DNA from: an uncultured Acidimicrobiales bacterium
GTDB lineage: Bacteria > Actinomycetota > Acidimicrobiia > Acidimicrobiales > Aldehydirespiratoraceae
Reading direction: 5' to 3'
Assembly: GCA_905480195.1 (NCBI GenBank)
Contig: CAJQPN010000015.1
Location: forward strand, 32,785 to 96,784
DNA: 64,000 nt
Positions 37,247 through 46,958 of this stretch are shown in pieces (the first letter of the stretch is position 1; every line of letters starts with the position of its first letter). A model generated the notes under the pieces. The model had not been told where the DNA came from. It ran no database searches and saw only the letters and a program-made list of their open reading frames with translations. A program made the translations under genes and the position numbers.

Positions 37247-37251
37247 CCGCA

Positions 37252-37272
37252 GCCGACCCGCTCGAGGTCGGC
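37252..37272. terminator. hairpin between the convergent metF-like and folC genes
   Basis: GCCGACC-cgctcga-GGTCGGC. No clear U tract. Confidence 0.35.
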
Positions 37273-37282
37273 CCTGTCAGCC

Positions 37283-38467
37283 TCAGCGTCCCTGGAGGGC
37301 GTCACGCATCGCCGTGAGATGCAAGAACGATCCAGTCACCACCACGGTCACCGGATCGAGCGCCTTTGCAGCTGCGGCTGCTGAGGCCGGATTGGGCGCC
37401 GGCCATGCCGGCACACCGACGCGTTCGAAGGCTGCGGCGACGCTCTCAGCTTCATGGCCCTGGGGGCCGGAACCACCCCCGAACGTCACCGCTACGACCC
37501 GATCCAAGGCCGGGGCGATCGCCGTCGCACATTCGTCGAGTGCCTTGGCCGCACCGATCGCCACGACACCAACCCGGGGACGCGGCTTGTCGGCGAGTGA
37601 CGATGCCAGGGCCCGGAGTTTCATGGGGTTGTGCGCGCCATCGAAGATCCAGCTCGTCGATCCCTCACCATGGTGCTCGAAACGACCTGGTTGCTCGACA
37701 AAACGCACCGCAGGGGCATCGGGTACGAGCTCGGCGACAGCTGCCGTTGCGGTCGCTTCGGCGTCGCGCCTCCAGTCGTGCTCGGGTGCCACCTCGACGA
37801 GCCGCACCCCGGCGGCTGCCGCACACGTCCGCGCAACGGCCACCACGGCATCCGATGGCTGCGGACCCAGGACCGCGACGCATCGACCGGTCACCACGGC
37901 CATCTTCTCCGCGGCAATGGCCTCGACCGTGTCGCCGAGAACGTCGCAGTGATCGAGTCCGATTGCTGTGACAACCGTGACGACGTCGTCACGGTTGAAG
38001 GTGTTGGTCGCATCGACACGGCCGCCGATTCCGGCCTCCACGACAAGCCAGTCGGTTTCGGCACGACGGGCGAGTACGTAGGCCATCGCTGCGGTCACTG
38101 CGAAGAAGGTCGGCCGTTGGTCGAGATGTTCGGTCGCAATACGAACCTCGGCGGCTGCTTCGGCCACCGCCGCCCAGCCTGGGAGATCGTCGGCGACCGT
38201 GAACCGCTCTCGGATGTCGTGCACGTGAGGCGAGAGGTGGAGTCCGACCGTGTCGCCACTGCGTCGAAGCGTGTCGGCAACGAGGCGGGCAGCGGTTCCC
38301 TTGCCTGCGGTGCCTACCACGTGAACAGCTCGGACCCGATCCTGCGGCTCGCCCAGTGCGCTGAACAGCGAAGCTGCTGCGGTGCGCGCGACCTCACCAC
38401 GGGGCGCGTCAGCCCGAACAAACGACGACAGCCATGTCTCGACCGCCTCTGACTCCGAGGCGCTCAC
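37283..38467 (-). CDS. folC: folylpolyglutamate synthase / dihydrofolate synthase
   Basis: Mur-ligase P-loop VVGTAGKGTAARL and FolC-like blocks. Start provisionally placed at GTG 38467; the track ORF extends to 38701 across the serA start. Confidence 0.8.
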   Translation of the reverse strand: MSASESEAVETWLSSFVRADAPRGEVARTAAASLFSALGEPQDRVRAVHVVGTAGKGTAARLVADTLRRSGDTVGLHLSPHVHDIRERFTVADDLPGWAAVAEAAAEVRIATEHLDQRPTFFAVTAAMAYVLARRAETDWLVVEAGIGGRVDATNTFNRDDVVTVVTAIGLDHCDVLGDTVEAIAAEKMAVVTGRCVAVLGPQPSDAVVAVARTCAAAAGVRLVEVAPEHDWRRDAEATATAAVAELVPDAPAVRFVEQPGRFEHHGEGSTSWIFDGAHNPMKLRALASSLADKPRPRVGVVAIGAAKALDECATAIAPALDRVVAVTFGGGSGPQGHEAESVAAAFERVGVPAWPAPNPASAAAAAKALDPVTVVVTGSFLHLTAMRDALQGR

Positions 38468-38501
38468 CGGCTTTCTGCGCCCTTGCCGAGCGATACCATT
38501 T

Positions 38502-38536
38502 GTACCGACATACGGAACTGTTCCACCATACAGAAC
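38502..38536. promoter_or_regulatory. third tandem-box site of the GTTCCAC/GGAAC family, in the folC/serA divergent region
   Basis: GTACCGACATACGGAAC T GTTCCACCATACAGAAC. Same 17+1+17 register, but here the inner half-sites (CGGAAC-T-GTTCCAC) are the best conserved. 20/35 identical to the fhs site. Confidence 0.45.
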
Positions 38537-38585
38537 GCTGACCTGGGCTCGGACGGCCTGGGTCGAACACCGGGAGGAGTCAGCC

Positions 38586-39791
38586 ATGAAGGTGCTACTC
38601 GCCGACGCGCTGCCTGACACAGCCGTCGAGCAGCTCGAGACCGCGGGTGACGAGGTCACCTGTCTCCCCGATCTCACTGCCGAGACCCTCCCCGACGCCA
38701 TCGCCGGCTACGAGGTGCTCGTCGTCAGATCGACGATCGTCACCGCCACTGCCCTCCAGGCCGCGAACAAGCTCGGCCTCATCGTCCGCGCCGGTGCAGG
38801 TACCAACACCATCGACTGCGACCGCGCCGCCGAACTCGGCATCTTCGTCTGCAACGTGCCGGGCAAGAACGCACTCGCAGTCGCCGAACTCACGATGGGT
38901 CTCCTCATCGCCGTCGACCGCCACATCTCGGCCGCCACGGCCGACCTTCGAGCAGGCACCTGGAACAAAAAGGCGTACTCGAACGCCGATGGGCTGTTCG
39001 GTCGCCGGATGGGCATCATCGGTCTCGGCGACATCGGCATCGCCACCGCCGCTCGCGCCTCAGCGTTCGGGATCGACGTCGTCGCCGTCGCCAAACCCGG
39101 CCGCAACCACGCCGCGGTCGCTCGCGCCGAGGCGGCCGGTGTTCGCTGGCTCGACGATCTCGACGAACTGCTCGCCAGCTGTGACATCGTCTCGATCCAC
39201 GTACCTGGTGCTCCCGACACCAAAGGCCTGGTGAACGCAGACTTTCTCGCCACGATGAAGGAGGGGGCAATCCTCCTCAACACCAGTCGCGGTGACGTCG
39301 TCGACGAAGCTGCTCTGATCGATGCACTGAACTCGCGAGGCATTCGCGCCGGTCTCGACGTCTTCGCCAACGAACCCGACAGCGGAACAGGCGATTTCGA
39401 CAGCGCCCTCGCCAAGCACCCTTCTGTCGTCGCCACTCATCACGTGGGTGCGTCGACCGCTCAGGCCCAGAGCGCAATAACCGACGGGACACTCGAGGCG
39501 ATCGACGCCTACCGGGCCGGCTCCCCGATCAACTGTGTAAACCTCAACCCGGTGCCCACCCGCGCCGCCACCCTCACGGTCCGCCACCACGACCGGGTCG
39601 GCGTCCTCGCAAACGTGCTGCAGGCACTTCGCAAAGAGCAACTCAACGTGTCCAACATGCAGAACCGAGTCTTCGCCGGCTCCAAGGCTGCAGTCGCCTC
39701 GATCGACGTCGGCCATCTCCCTTCCCAGGAACTCATCGACGAGGTCATGTCCCTCGACGATGTGATCTACGTATCGGTCACGCCCGCATGA
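38586..39791 (+). CDS. serA: D-3-phosphoglycerate dehydrogenase (with C-terminal ACT domain)
   Basis: 2-hydroxyacid dehydrogenase fold (GIIGLGDIGIATA, RGDVVDEAAL). C-terminal ACT-like region (LTVRHHDRVGVLANVLQAL). Confidence 0.9.
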   Translation: MKVLLADALPDTAVEQLETAGDEVTCLPDLTAETLPDAIAGYEVLVVRSTIVTATALQAANKLGLIVRAGAGTNTIDCDRAAELGIFVCNVPGKNALAVAELTMGLLIAVDRHISAATADLRAGTWNKKAYSNADGLFGRRMGIIGLGDIGIATAARASAFGIDVVAVAKPGRNHAAVARAEAAGVRWLDDLDELLASCDIVSIHVPGAPDTKGLVNADFLATMKEGAILLNTSRGDVVDEAALIDALNSRGIRAGLDVFANEPDSGTGDFDSALAKHPSVVATHHVGASTAQAQSAITDGTLEAIDAYRAGSPINCVNLNPVPTRAATLTVRHHDRVGVLANVLQALRKEQLNVSNMQNRVFAGSKAAVASIDVGHLPSQELIDEVMSLDDVIYVSVTPA

Positions 39792-41032
39792 TCCGCGCGC
39801 CGCTGTTTGCCCCCTTCGCCGGGTGGCTGATCAAACCCGACTGGGCCGCTCGCGTGATCGCAGGTGCCTACGATGCCAAATCGCCCGCCGAGCGCCGCGC
39901 GATCGTCGAGGCCAATCCGTACTCATACCTCGGCGTCACCCGATCAGGCGAGGACCTCGCAGACGGCGACCCGGCAACTGACGAGGACCTGCTCGAGCGG
40001 GGGGCCAGCACGCTGAAAAACATCCTCGACAGCGGTGCCTTCGAGCCAACCGGCCGACCAACGCTGTACGCGTACCGCCTGACCTACGCAGGACACAGCC
40101 AGACCGGCATCGTCGGTGCGTTGCTCGTCGAAGGCTTCCACGACGGTCGGGTGCTCACCCACGAAAACGTTCGTCCGAACCGTGCCCGTCTCCTGGCCCG
40201 TCACCTCCAGTGGGTCGGTGCAACCTCGTCACCGATTGCGCTGACTCACCGTGCCGATCCCGAAATCACCACGGTCCTCGAAGCCGCCGCCGAACGCGAG
40301 CCCGACGTCCACCACGTGGTCGAGGAGGTACTGCACGAGGTCTGGCCGCTCGACGACGACGAGGCCGCCATCGTGGCGGCTGCGCTCGCCGACACGACGG
40401 TGTTCGTGACCGACGGTCACCACCGCTCCGCCGCTGCAATCGCCGGCAAGCAAGACCGCGACGAGCCACAGTTTGCGCGGACCCTCGCAGTGGTCTTTCC
40501 CGACGACGCCCTGCGGGTCGAGGCCTTCCATCGGCGGATTCCCGACCGGTACGGGCGTGGCCCCGACGAACTCGCCGCCGCCCTTGCGACGTTCAGCCCG
40601 GTGACCGAGGTCAGCACGCTGGAAGAGGCGCGGCCCCAACGTCCGCGCGAAGTCGGCATCTACCACCAGGGCCGCTGGTTCCGCTTCGACATTCCCGAGC
40701 CGGACACCGACAGCCCGGTCGGGCTTCTCGACGTCGAGTGTCTGCGAACCGATGTCGTGCTCGCAATCTTGGGCGTTGACGAGCTGCAACCGAATAGCGG
40801 GGCTGATTACGTCCCTGCACCGAACGGCATCGACGAAGTCGTGCGCCGCTGCGACGAGGACGGCCGTGTCGGCTTTCTGCTCCACGCGTCGACCGTCGAG
40901 GACATCATGGCCGTCGCCGAGGCCCGCGAACTCATGCCGCCGAAGTCGAGCTACGTGGCTCCCAAACCACGATCCGGCATCTTCCTTCGGATCTTGGGTA
41001 CCGGTGCCACCAGCCACCTCGACCCGAGCTGA
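39788..41032 (+). CDS. DUF1015-family protein
   Basis: 414 aa whose N-terminus and overall pattern match what I recognise as DUF1015. ATGA overlap with the serA stop. Confidence 0.75.
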   Translation: MIRAPLFAPFAGWLIKPDWAARVIAGAYDAKSPAERRAIVEANPYSYLGVTRSGEDLADGDPATDEDLLERGASTLKNILDSGAFEPTGRPTLYAYRLTYAGHSQTGIVGALLVEGFHDGRVLTHENVRPNRARLLARHLQWVGATSSPIALTHRADPEITTVLEAAAEREPDVHHVVEEVLHEVWPLDDDEAAIVAAALADTTVFVTDGHHRSAAAIAGKQDRDEPQFARTLAVVFPDDALRVEAFHRRIPDRYGRGPDELAAALATFSPVTEVSTLEEARPQRPREVGIYHQGRWFRFDIPEPDTDSPVGLLDVECLRTDVVLAILGVDELQPNSGADYVPAPNGIDEVVRRCDEDGRVGFLLHASTVEDIMAVAEARELMPPKSSYVAPKPRSGIFLRILGTGATSHLDPS

Positions 41033-41065
41033 TCGACTGCGTAGGAACCTTCGCCGCTGGTGCGA

Positions 41066-41953
41066 TCAGTCGGGCAACGCACCGAGCATGCGGGCGGCGT
41101 TGAACGTGTTCTCCATCAGGCAGCCAATGGTCATCGGGCCGGTCCCGCCTGGCATCGGCGTGATGGCCCCGGCGATCGACTCGACCGCATCGAAGTCGAC
41201 ATCACCCTGAATGCCATCGGCAGTGCGGCTGATACCAACGTCGAGAACGGCGGCACCGGGCTTGACGAACTCGGCAGTGACAAGGCCGGCGACGCCGACA
41301 GCGGCCACGATGATGTCGGCGGTTCTGCAGATCGACGCGAGATCACCCGAACGGCTGTGAGCCAGCGTCGGCGTGGCGTCACAGCCCTTGCGGCCGAGGA
41401 GCAGAACCTGGGGCAGACCGACGAGCGTCGAGCGGCCGATCACGACCGCTTTTTTCCCGGTTGTCTCGACGCCGTAGCGCTCCATCAGGCGCATCACCCC
41501 GAGCGGCGTGCACGGCACGTGGCCGTCACGACCGCGCACGAGACGACCCATCGACCGCTCGGTGAGGCCGTCCACGTCCTTTGGTGGCGGGATCAGATCG
41601 AGGACCGGCTCGGCATCGAGCCCGTCGGGCAGCGGAAGCTGCACAAGGATGCCGTGCACGTCGGGGTCGCCGGCGAGAGCTCGGACGACTTCCTCGACCT
41701 CGGCTTGGGTGGCGTCGGTTCCGAGTTCGACATGCCGGGAGACCATGCCGGCTTCTTCGGCCTTCTTGCGCTTGTTGCGGATGTAGATCTGGCTCGGCTT
41801 GTCATCACCGACGAGCACAGTGGCGAGGCACACATGCGGGTTGCCGAGTTCGTTGATGCGCCGGTGCAGGTCCGCCACGAGTTCGTCGCGGAGCCGGTTG
41901 CCGTCCATGAGCACTGCCCCACCGGGAGTGCGCTCGAAGTCGAGATCAGCCAT
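41066..41953 (-). CDS. folD: bifunctional methylenetetrahydrofolate dehydrogenase / methenyltetrahydrofolate cyclohydrolase
   Basis: LATVLVGDDKPSQIYIRNKRK, VIGRSTLVGLP and PGGTGPMTIGCLMENT are canonical FolD blocks. Confidence 0.95.
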   Translation of the reverse strand: MADLDFERTPGGAVLMDGNRLRDELVADLHRRINELGNPHVCLATVLVGDDKPSQIYIRNKRKKAEEAGMVSRHVELGTDATQAEVEEVVRALAGDPDVHGILVQLPLPDGLDAEPVLDLIPPPKDVDGLTERSMGRLVRGRDGHVPCTPLGVMRLMERYGVETTGKKAVVIGRSTLVGLPQVLLLGRKGCDATPTLAHSRSGDLASICRTADIIVAAVGVAGLVTAEFVKPGAAVLDVGISRTADGIQGDVDFDAVESIAGAITPMPGGTGPMTIGCLMENTFNAARMLGALPD

Positions 41954-41991
41954 GGGCCAAATCTATCGGTCGCACATCCCAGCGATCGCTG

Positions 41992-42927
41992 TCAGGCGTC
42001 GCGAAGCGACACAAACAACATGTCGAAGAAATGATCGCTCGGATAGTGCGTGACGATGTCGACGTTGGGTTCGCCACCGATGAAACCCATGCGATCGATC
42101 TCGAGAACCCCCCGCTGGCCGCCATCACCAAACATCACGTTGACGTGCAGTCGGCTCACCTCACTCACAGACGGGTCGATCGCGTGTGCCATGGCGATCG
42201 GATCGGGCAGATCATCACCGTCCATGCCGTGCTCGTCGGCGAACCGCTTGACCGCCTTCGAGACGTCGATTGCAAAGCGCGACAGCGGAGTGTCGATCGC
42301 CTCGAGCGTGGCGTAGCGGTCCGGTGTCTTGATCGCCGACGAGATCGAGATGTCCCAGCCGACAAACTCGAGCGGCATCCCCGACTCGGTCACAAGACTG
42401 GCAGCTTCGGGGTCGGCCCAGAAGTTGTACTCGGCCATCGCCGACACATTGCCGGGTCCGTGGACACCCGTGCCGCCCATGATCACGACCCGCCCGACCG
42501 CATCGGCAATCTCCGGCGCCCGCAGCAATGCCGCTGCGATGTTCGACAACGGGCCGAGGCAGACCAAGGTGATCTCACCCGGCGACCCGAGGATGGTGTC
42601 GACGATTACGTCGACGGCTCGACCTTCGGCAGGCGTCCGCCCGCTGAGCGCAAGGCCGCAGTCACCCATGCCGTCCGCTCCGTGGATGTCGGCCGCGTTC
42701 TCGAGAGGCCGCATGATTGGCTTGTCGAGGCCGCGGTATACCGGTACCGACGCTCCGCAGACCTCGACCGTGTACAGCGCGTTCTGTACCGCTTGGTCAA
42801 GCGCCACATTTCCGGCCACGACCGTCAGAGCCTCGACCTTCACGTCTGGGGCTCGCAGAGCCATCACGATCGCAACGGCGTCGTCGCTCGCCGTGTCGGT
42901 ATCGATGAGAAAGCGGCGCATCGCCAA
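41992..42927 (-). CDS. nucleoside hydrolase (IU-NH family)
   Basis: N-terminal DTDTASDDAVAI (DxDxxxDD) calcium/ribose-binding motif. Confidence 0.85.
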   Translation of the reverse strand: MAMRRFLIDTDTASDDAVAIVMALRAPDVKVEALTVVAGNVALDQAVQNALYTVEVCGASVPVYRGLDKPIMRPLENAADIHGADGMGDCGLALSGRTPAEGRAVDVIVDTILGSPGEITLVCLGPLSNIAAALLRAPEIADAVGRVVIMGGTGVHGPGNVSAMAEYNFWADPEAASLVTESGMPLEFVGWDISISSAIKTPDRYATLEAIDTPLSRFAIDVSKAVKRFADEHGMDGDDLPDPIAMAHAIDPSVSEVSRLHVNVMFGDGGQRGVLEIDRMGFIGGEPNVDIVTHYPSDHFFDMLFVSLRDA

Positions 42928-42989
42928 GACGGTACTCGCCTGGGCAACCCCGTCCGAGCGATCGGGGGTCGCCGGTAGCCTTCACTGCC

Positions 42990-45900
42990 ATGAGCAACGC
43001 CGAGCATTCGGGGCCCGACGCCCCTTACCCGCAGGTCGAGAGTCCGGATCTTCCGGGCATCGAGCGGCGAATTCTGGCGCGGTGGAGCGCCGACGAGACC
43101 TTCGACGCCAGTGTTTCGAACCGTCCACTGGACGACGAGTACGTCTTCTACGACGGTCCTCCCTTCGCCAACGGCCTGCCCCATCACGGGCACCTGCTCA
43201 CCGGCTACGTGAAAGACGTCGTCCCGCGCTACCAGACGATGAAGGGCAAGCGGGTCGAACGCCGCTTCGGCTGGGACTGCCACGGGCTGCCTGCAGAGAT
43301 GGAAGCCGAGAAGGATCTCCCCGTCAGTGGTCGTGCCTCAATCATCGACTACGGCATCGAACGCTTCAACGAGTACTGCCGCACGTCGGTACTCAAATAC
43401 ACCCAGGAGTGGGAGAAGACGGTCACCCGCCAGGCCCGCTGGGTCGATTTCGACAACGACTACAAGACCATGGACCTCGACTACATGGAGTCGGTCATGT
43501 GGGCGTTCAAGCAACTCTGGGACAAGGGGCTGATCTATCAGTCCAACCGTGTGCTGCCCTACAGCTGGGGGGCGGAGACACCGCTGTCGAACCACGAGAT
43601 CCGCCTCGATGACGCCACCCGGCCGCGCCAAGACCCAGCGATCACCGTGGCCTTCGAACTCGACGACGCATCGGGCCTTCCGGGTGACCCATCGACACCG
43701 GTCAAGATCCTTGCCTGGACCACCACCCCGTGGACCTTGCCATCAAACCTCGCCCTCGCCGTCGGCCCCGACCTCGAGTACGCGATCATGGCCGATGCCG
43801 ACGGGAGCAGGTACGTCCTGGGCCAGGCGGTGCTGGGCAAGTACGAAAAGCAACTAGAGAACGCCGAGCAGGTCGGCACCGTCGAGGGCTCCGACCTCGT
43901 CGGCCGCACCTACACGCCGGTGTTTCCGTACTTCGCCGATATGGCCGAGGTCGATCCGTCGAAGCCTCATCACGGCACCGAGCGAGCCTTCCAGGTGCTC
44001 GCCGGCGACTTCATCGACACGTCGGAGGGCACCGGGGTGGTGCACATGGCACCGGGCTTCGGCGAAGACGACCAGCGTGTCGTGGGCGATGCCGGCATTG
44101 GCATGGTCGTACCCGTCGACGACTCGGGCCGCTTTACCGACGACATCGTCGAGTGGGCCGGCGAAAACGTGCTCGAAGCCAACAGCGGAATCATCAAGCA
44201 CTTACGCGAAACGGGCCAACTCGTTCGTCACGACAGCTACACCCACAACTACCCTCACTGCTGGCGGACCGACACGCCGATCATCTACAAGGCGATGCCG
44301 TCCTGGTACGTGAAGGTCACCGATATCCGCGACCGCATGCTCGAGACCAACCAGGAGATCAACTGGGTCCCCGGCCACATCCAGAACGGTCGCTTCGGCC
44401 AGTGGCTCGAAGGAGCCCGTGACTGGTCGATCAGCCGGAACCGCTTCTGGGGTTCGCCAATCCCCGTCTGGGTCAGTGACAACCCCGACTATCCCCGGAT
44501 GGACTGCTACGGAAGCCTCGACGAACTCGAGGCCGACTTCGGGGTGCGCCCCGACAACCTGCATCGTCCCTTCATCGACGAATTGACTCGTCCGAACCCC
44601 GACGATCCCAGCGGCCAGTCGATGATGCGTCGGGTCCCCGAGGTTCTCGACTGTTGGTTCGAGTCGGGCTCGATGCCGTTCGCCCAGGTGCACTATCCGT
44701 TCGAGAACAAGGACTGGTTCGACGAGCACTTCCCCGCCGACTTCATCGTGGAGTACATCAACCAGTCGCGCGGCTGGTTCTACACACTCCACGTGCTCGC
44801 CACGGCGCTGTTCGACCGCCCTGCCTTCCAGAACGTCATCTGCCACGGCATCTTGCTCGCCGACGACGGGGCCAAGCTCTCCAAGAAACTCCGCAACTAC
44901 ACCGAGCCAGACCTGATCTTCGAACACCAGGGATCCGACGCGCTTCGGTGGTACTTCATGTCCACCAACATCGTGCGCGGCGGTGACACCCGGATCTCTG
45001 ATCAGGCGATCGACGACGTCGTCCGCCAGGTGATCCTGCCGATTTGGAACGCGTACTCATTCTTCACGCTCTACGCGAACGTCGAAGGTCACCGGGCACG
45101 CTTCACCCCCGACCCAGGCCCCGATGCCGGCCTCCTCGATCGCTACATTCTCGCCAAGACCCGCGACCTCGTCGCTGCGGTTGAAGCCAGCATGAACGAC
45201 TACGACCTCCCCGGTGCAGCCATGGAGATCCAGTCGTTCATCGACGCACTCAACAACTGGTACATCCGTCGCAGCCGTGACCGTTTCTGGGGGACCGGTG
45301 ACGCGTCGGGCGCCGACCTCGCCGGCCTCGACACGCTCTACACCGTGCTCGTCACACTGGTGCAGGTAGCCGCCCCGTTCCTACCGATGATCACCGAAGA
45401 GATCTGGACCGGTCTCACCGGCGGCGACGACGGGCTCCCTTCCTCGGTGCATCTGTCCGACTGGCCGGACGCGGCCTCGTATCGCTGCGACGACTTCCTC
45501 GTCGGTGCGATGGACCGCCTGCGTGACGTTGCGTCGACCGGTCTGCGACTCCGCGAAGACCAGGGACTGCGGGTACGGCTGCCGTTGGCGTCGATCACGG
45601 TCGCAGGCCGCGATGCCGCAACGCTCGCGCCGTTCGCCGAACTGCTGCGCGATGAGCTCAACGTAAAGGACGTGCTCGTCACCGAGGAGATCGGCGATCT
45701 GGCGACGTTCATTCTCCGACCCGACGGCAAAGCGCTCGGTCCCCGTCTCGGCAAGGACGTCCAGGCCGTGTTCGGCGCAGCTCGAGACGGCGATTGGACG
45801 GCCAACGACGACGGCACTGTCGAGGTCGCAGGCCACCTGCTCCAACCCGACGAGTACGAGTTGGCGCTCGAGTCGCCCGAAGGCGTGGTTGCTGCGGCCC

Positions 45901-46214
45901 TCCGGTCCAACGACGCTGTCGTCACCCTCGACACCGTCGTCACCCCCGAACTCGAAGCCGAAGGCCTGGCCCGCGACATCGTGCGTGAGATCCAGAGCGC
46001 TCGTAGGGCCGAAGACCTCGTCGTCACCGACCGGATCGCCATTTCGATCGAGGTCGCTTCTGACGCAGCAGCGGCCGCGGTTGCTGCCCACGAGAGCTAC
46101 ATCGCAGAGCAGGTCCTCGCCACGTCGATCACCACGGGTGCAGGCGACGGCGCGCGCATCGCCCATGACATCACGGTCGGTGGGGAGCCATTCCGCTTCC
46201 GGATCGATCGGTGA
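42990..46214 (+). CDS. ileS: isoleucine--tRNA ligase (type 2)
   Basis: 1074 aa with HIGH (PHHGHLL) and KMSKS (KLSKKL) motifs and an editing domain. Confidence 0.95.
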   Translation: MSNAEHSGPDAPYPQVESPDLPGIERRILARWSADETFDASVSNRPLDDEYVFYDGPPFANGLPHHGHLLTGYVKDVVPRYQTMKGKRVERRFGWDCHGLPAEMEAEKDLPVSGRASIIDYGIERFNEYCRTSVLKYTQEWEKTVTRQARWVDFDNDYKTMDLDYMESVMWAFKQLWDKGLIYQSNRVLPYSWGAETPLSNHEIRLDDATRPRQDPAITVAFELDDASGLPGDPSTPVKILAWTTTPWTLPSNLALAVGPDLEYAIMADADGSRYVLGQAVLGKYEKQLENAEQVGTVEGSDLVGRTYTPVFPYFADMAEVDPSKPHHGTERAFQVLAGDFIDTSEGTGVVHMAPGFGEDDQRVVGDAGIGMVVPVDDSGRFTDDIVEWAGENVLEANSGIIKHLRETGQLVRHDSYTHNYPHCWRTDTPIIYKAMPSWYVKVTDIRDRMLETNQEINWVPGHIQNGRFGQWLEGARDWSISRNRFWGSPIPVWVSDNPDYPRMDCYGSLDELEADFGVRPDNLHRPFIDELTRPNPDDPSGQSMMRRVPEVLDCWFESGSMPFAQVHYPFENKDWFDEHFPADFIVEYINQSRGWFYTLHVLATALFDRPAFQNVICHGILLADDGAKLSKKLRNYTEPDLIFEHQGSDALRWYFMSTNIVRGGDTRISDQAIDDVVRQVILPIWNAYSFFTLYANVEGHRARFTPDPGPDAGLLDRYILAKTRDLVAAVEASMNDYDLPGAAMEIQSFIDALNNWYIRRSRDRFWGTGDASGADLAGLDTLYTVLVTLVQVAAPFLPMITEEIWTGLTGGDDGLPSSVHLSDWPDAASYRCDDFLVGAMDRLRDVASTGLRLREDQGLRVRLPLASITVAGRDAATLAPFAELLRDELNVKDVLVTEEIGDLATFILRPDGKALGPRLGKDVQAVFGAARDGDWTANDDGTVEVAGHLLQPDEYELALESPEGVVAAALRSNDAVVTLDTVVTPELEAEGLARDIVREIQSARRAEDLVVTDRIAISIEVASDAAAAAVAAHESYIAEQVLATSITTGAGDGARIAHDITVGGEPFRFRIDR

Positions 46215-46221
46215 GCGACGA

Positions 46222-46905
46222 TCAGTTCCGCTTGGTCGGAAGGTTGGCGATCACGTAGTTGACGATGTCGTCGGGATTTCGCGACTGCATCATCAGTTCA
46301 CCCGGGCCGGTGAACACGAACACGAGTCCCTCGCCGGATTTCATCGACTTCCATGCCGAGTCACTCGCCTTGCGCAGTTCCATCGAGACGCTCTCGGCGA
46401 AGGCGACCATGTGGTTGGTGTCGACCACGACCTGCTGGCCGGGCTCGAGGGTGAAACGGTCGAGCGCTCCGTAGGTCGACAGCACGACCTTGCCCTGACC
46501 GCTCGCACGGAGAAGGAAACCCCCCTCGCCGCCGATCAGGTTCTTCATGCCACCCCATTGGGTGTCAATCTCCACGCCTTGCTCGGCACACAGGAACGAG
46601 CCCTTCTGGATCATGAGCGGCTGATCGGGGCTGACGTCGAAGACGGTCACGTCGCCGGGAAGCGACGGTGCGAAGTCGATCCAGCCACCGTGCGGAGCAG
46701 CGGTTGCGGTGGTGATGAAGAGCGACTCGCCGCCGAGCACGCTGCGCTTGAGCCCCTTCATAAGACCGCCCTCGATCTTGGCGTCGAGGCTGGTATCGGC
46801 TGCCATCGCCATCATCGCTCCAGATTCGGCACGGATCGCTTCCGACGGGCCGAGGATCACTCGCGCGACCGAGAAGGATGGGTTGTGACGAAGTTCGATG
46901 TCCAT
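46222..46905 (-). CDS. AIM24/TIGR00266-like family protein
   Basis: 227 aa. The pattern MDIELRHNPSFSVARVIL...ESGAMMAM...GGESLFITT matches my recollection of the AIM24 (DUF124) family. Confidence 0.7.
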   Translation of the reverse strand: MDIELRHNPSFSVARVILGPSEAIRAESGAMMAMAADTSLDAKIEGGLMKGLKRSVLGGESLFITTATAAPHGGWIDFAPSLPGDVTVFDVSPDQPLMIQKGSFLCAEQGVEIDTQWGGMKNLIGGEGGFLLRASGQGKVVLSTYGALDRFTLEPGQQVVVDTNHMVAFAESVSMELRKASDSAWKSMKSGEGLVFVFTGPGELMMQSRNPDDIVNYVIANLPTKRN

Positions 46906-46958
46906 CCGGTCAGGTTAGGTACAAGCACGCTGCCTGCGATCACATAGGGTCTTCGACC

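Noticed and set aside
42928-42989. Possible T-box or attenuator leader upstream of ileS, as known for actinobacterial ileS
   Set aside because: Only 62 nt are available. There is a small hairpin (ACCCCG...CGGGGU), but I could not find the conserved T-box sequence or a specifier arrangement. A covariance-model scan (RF00230) would settle it.
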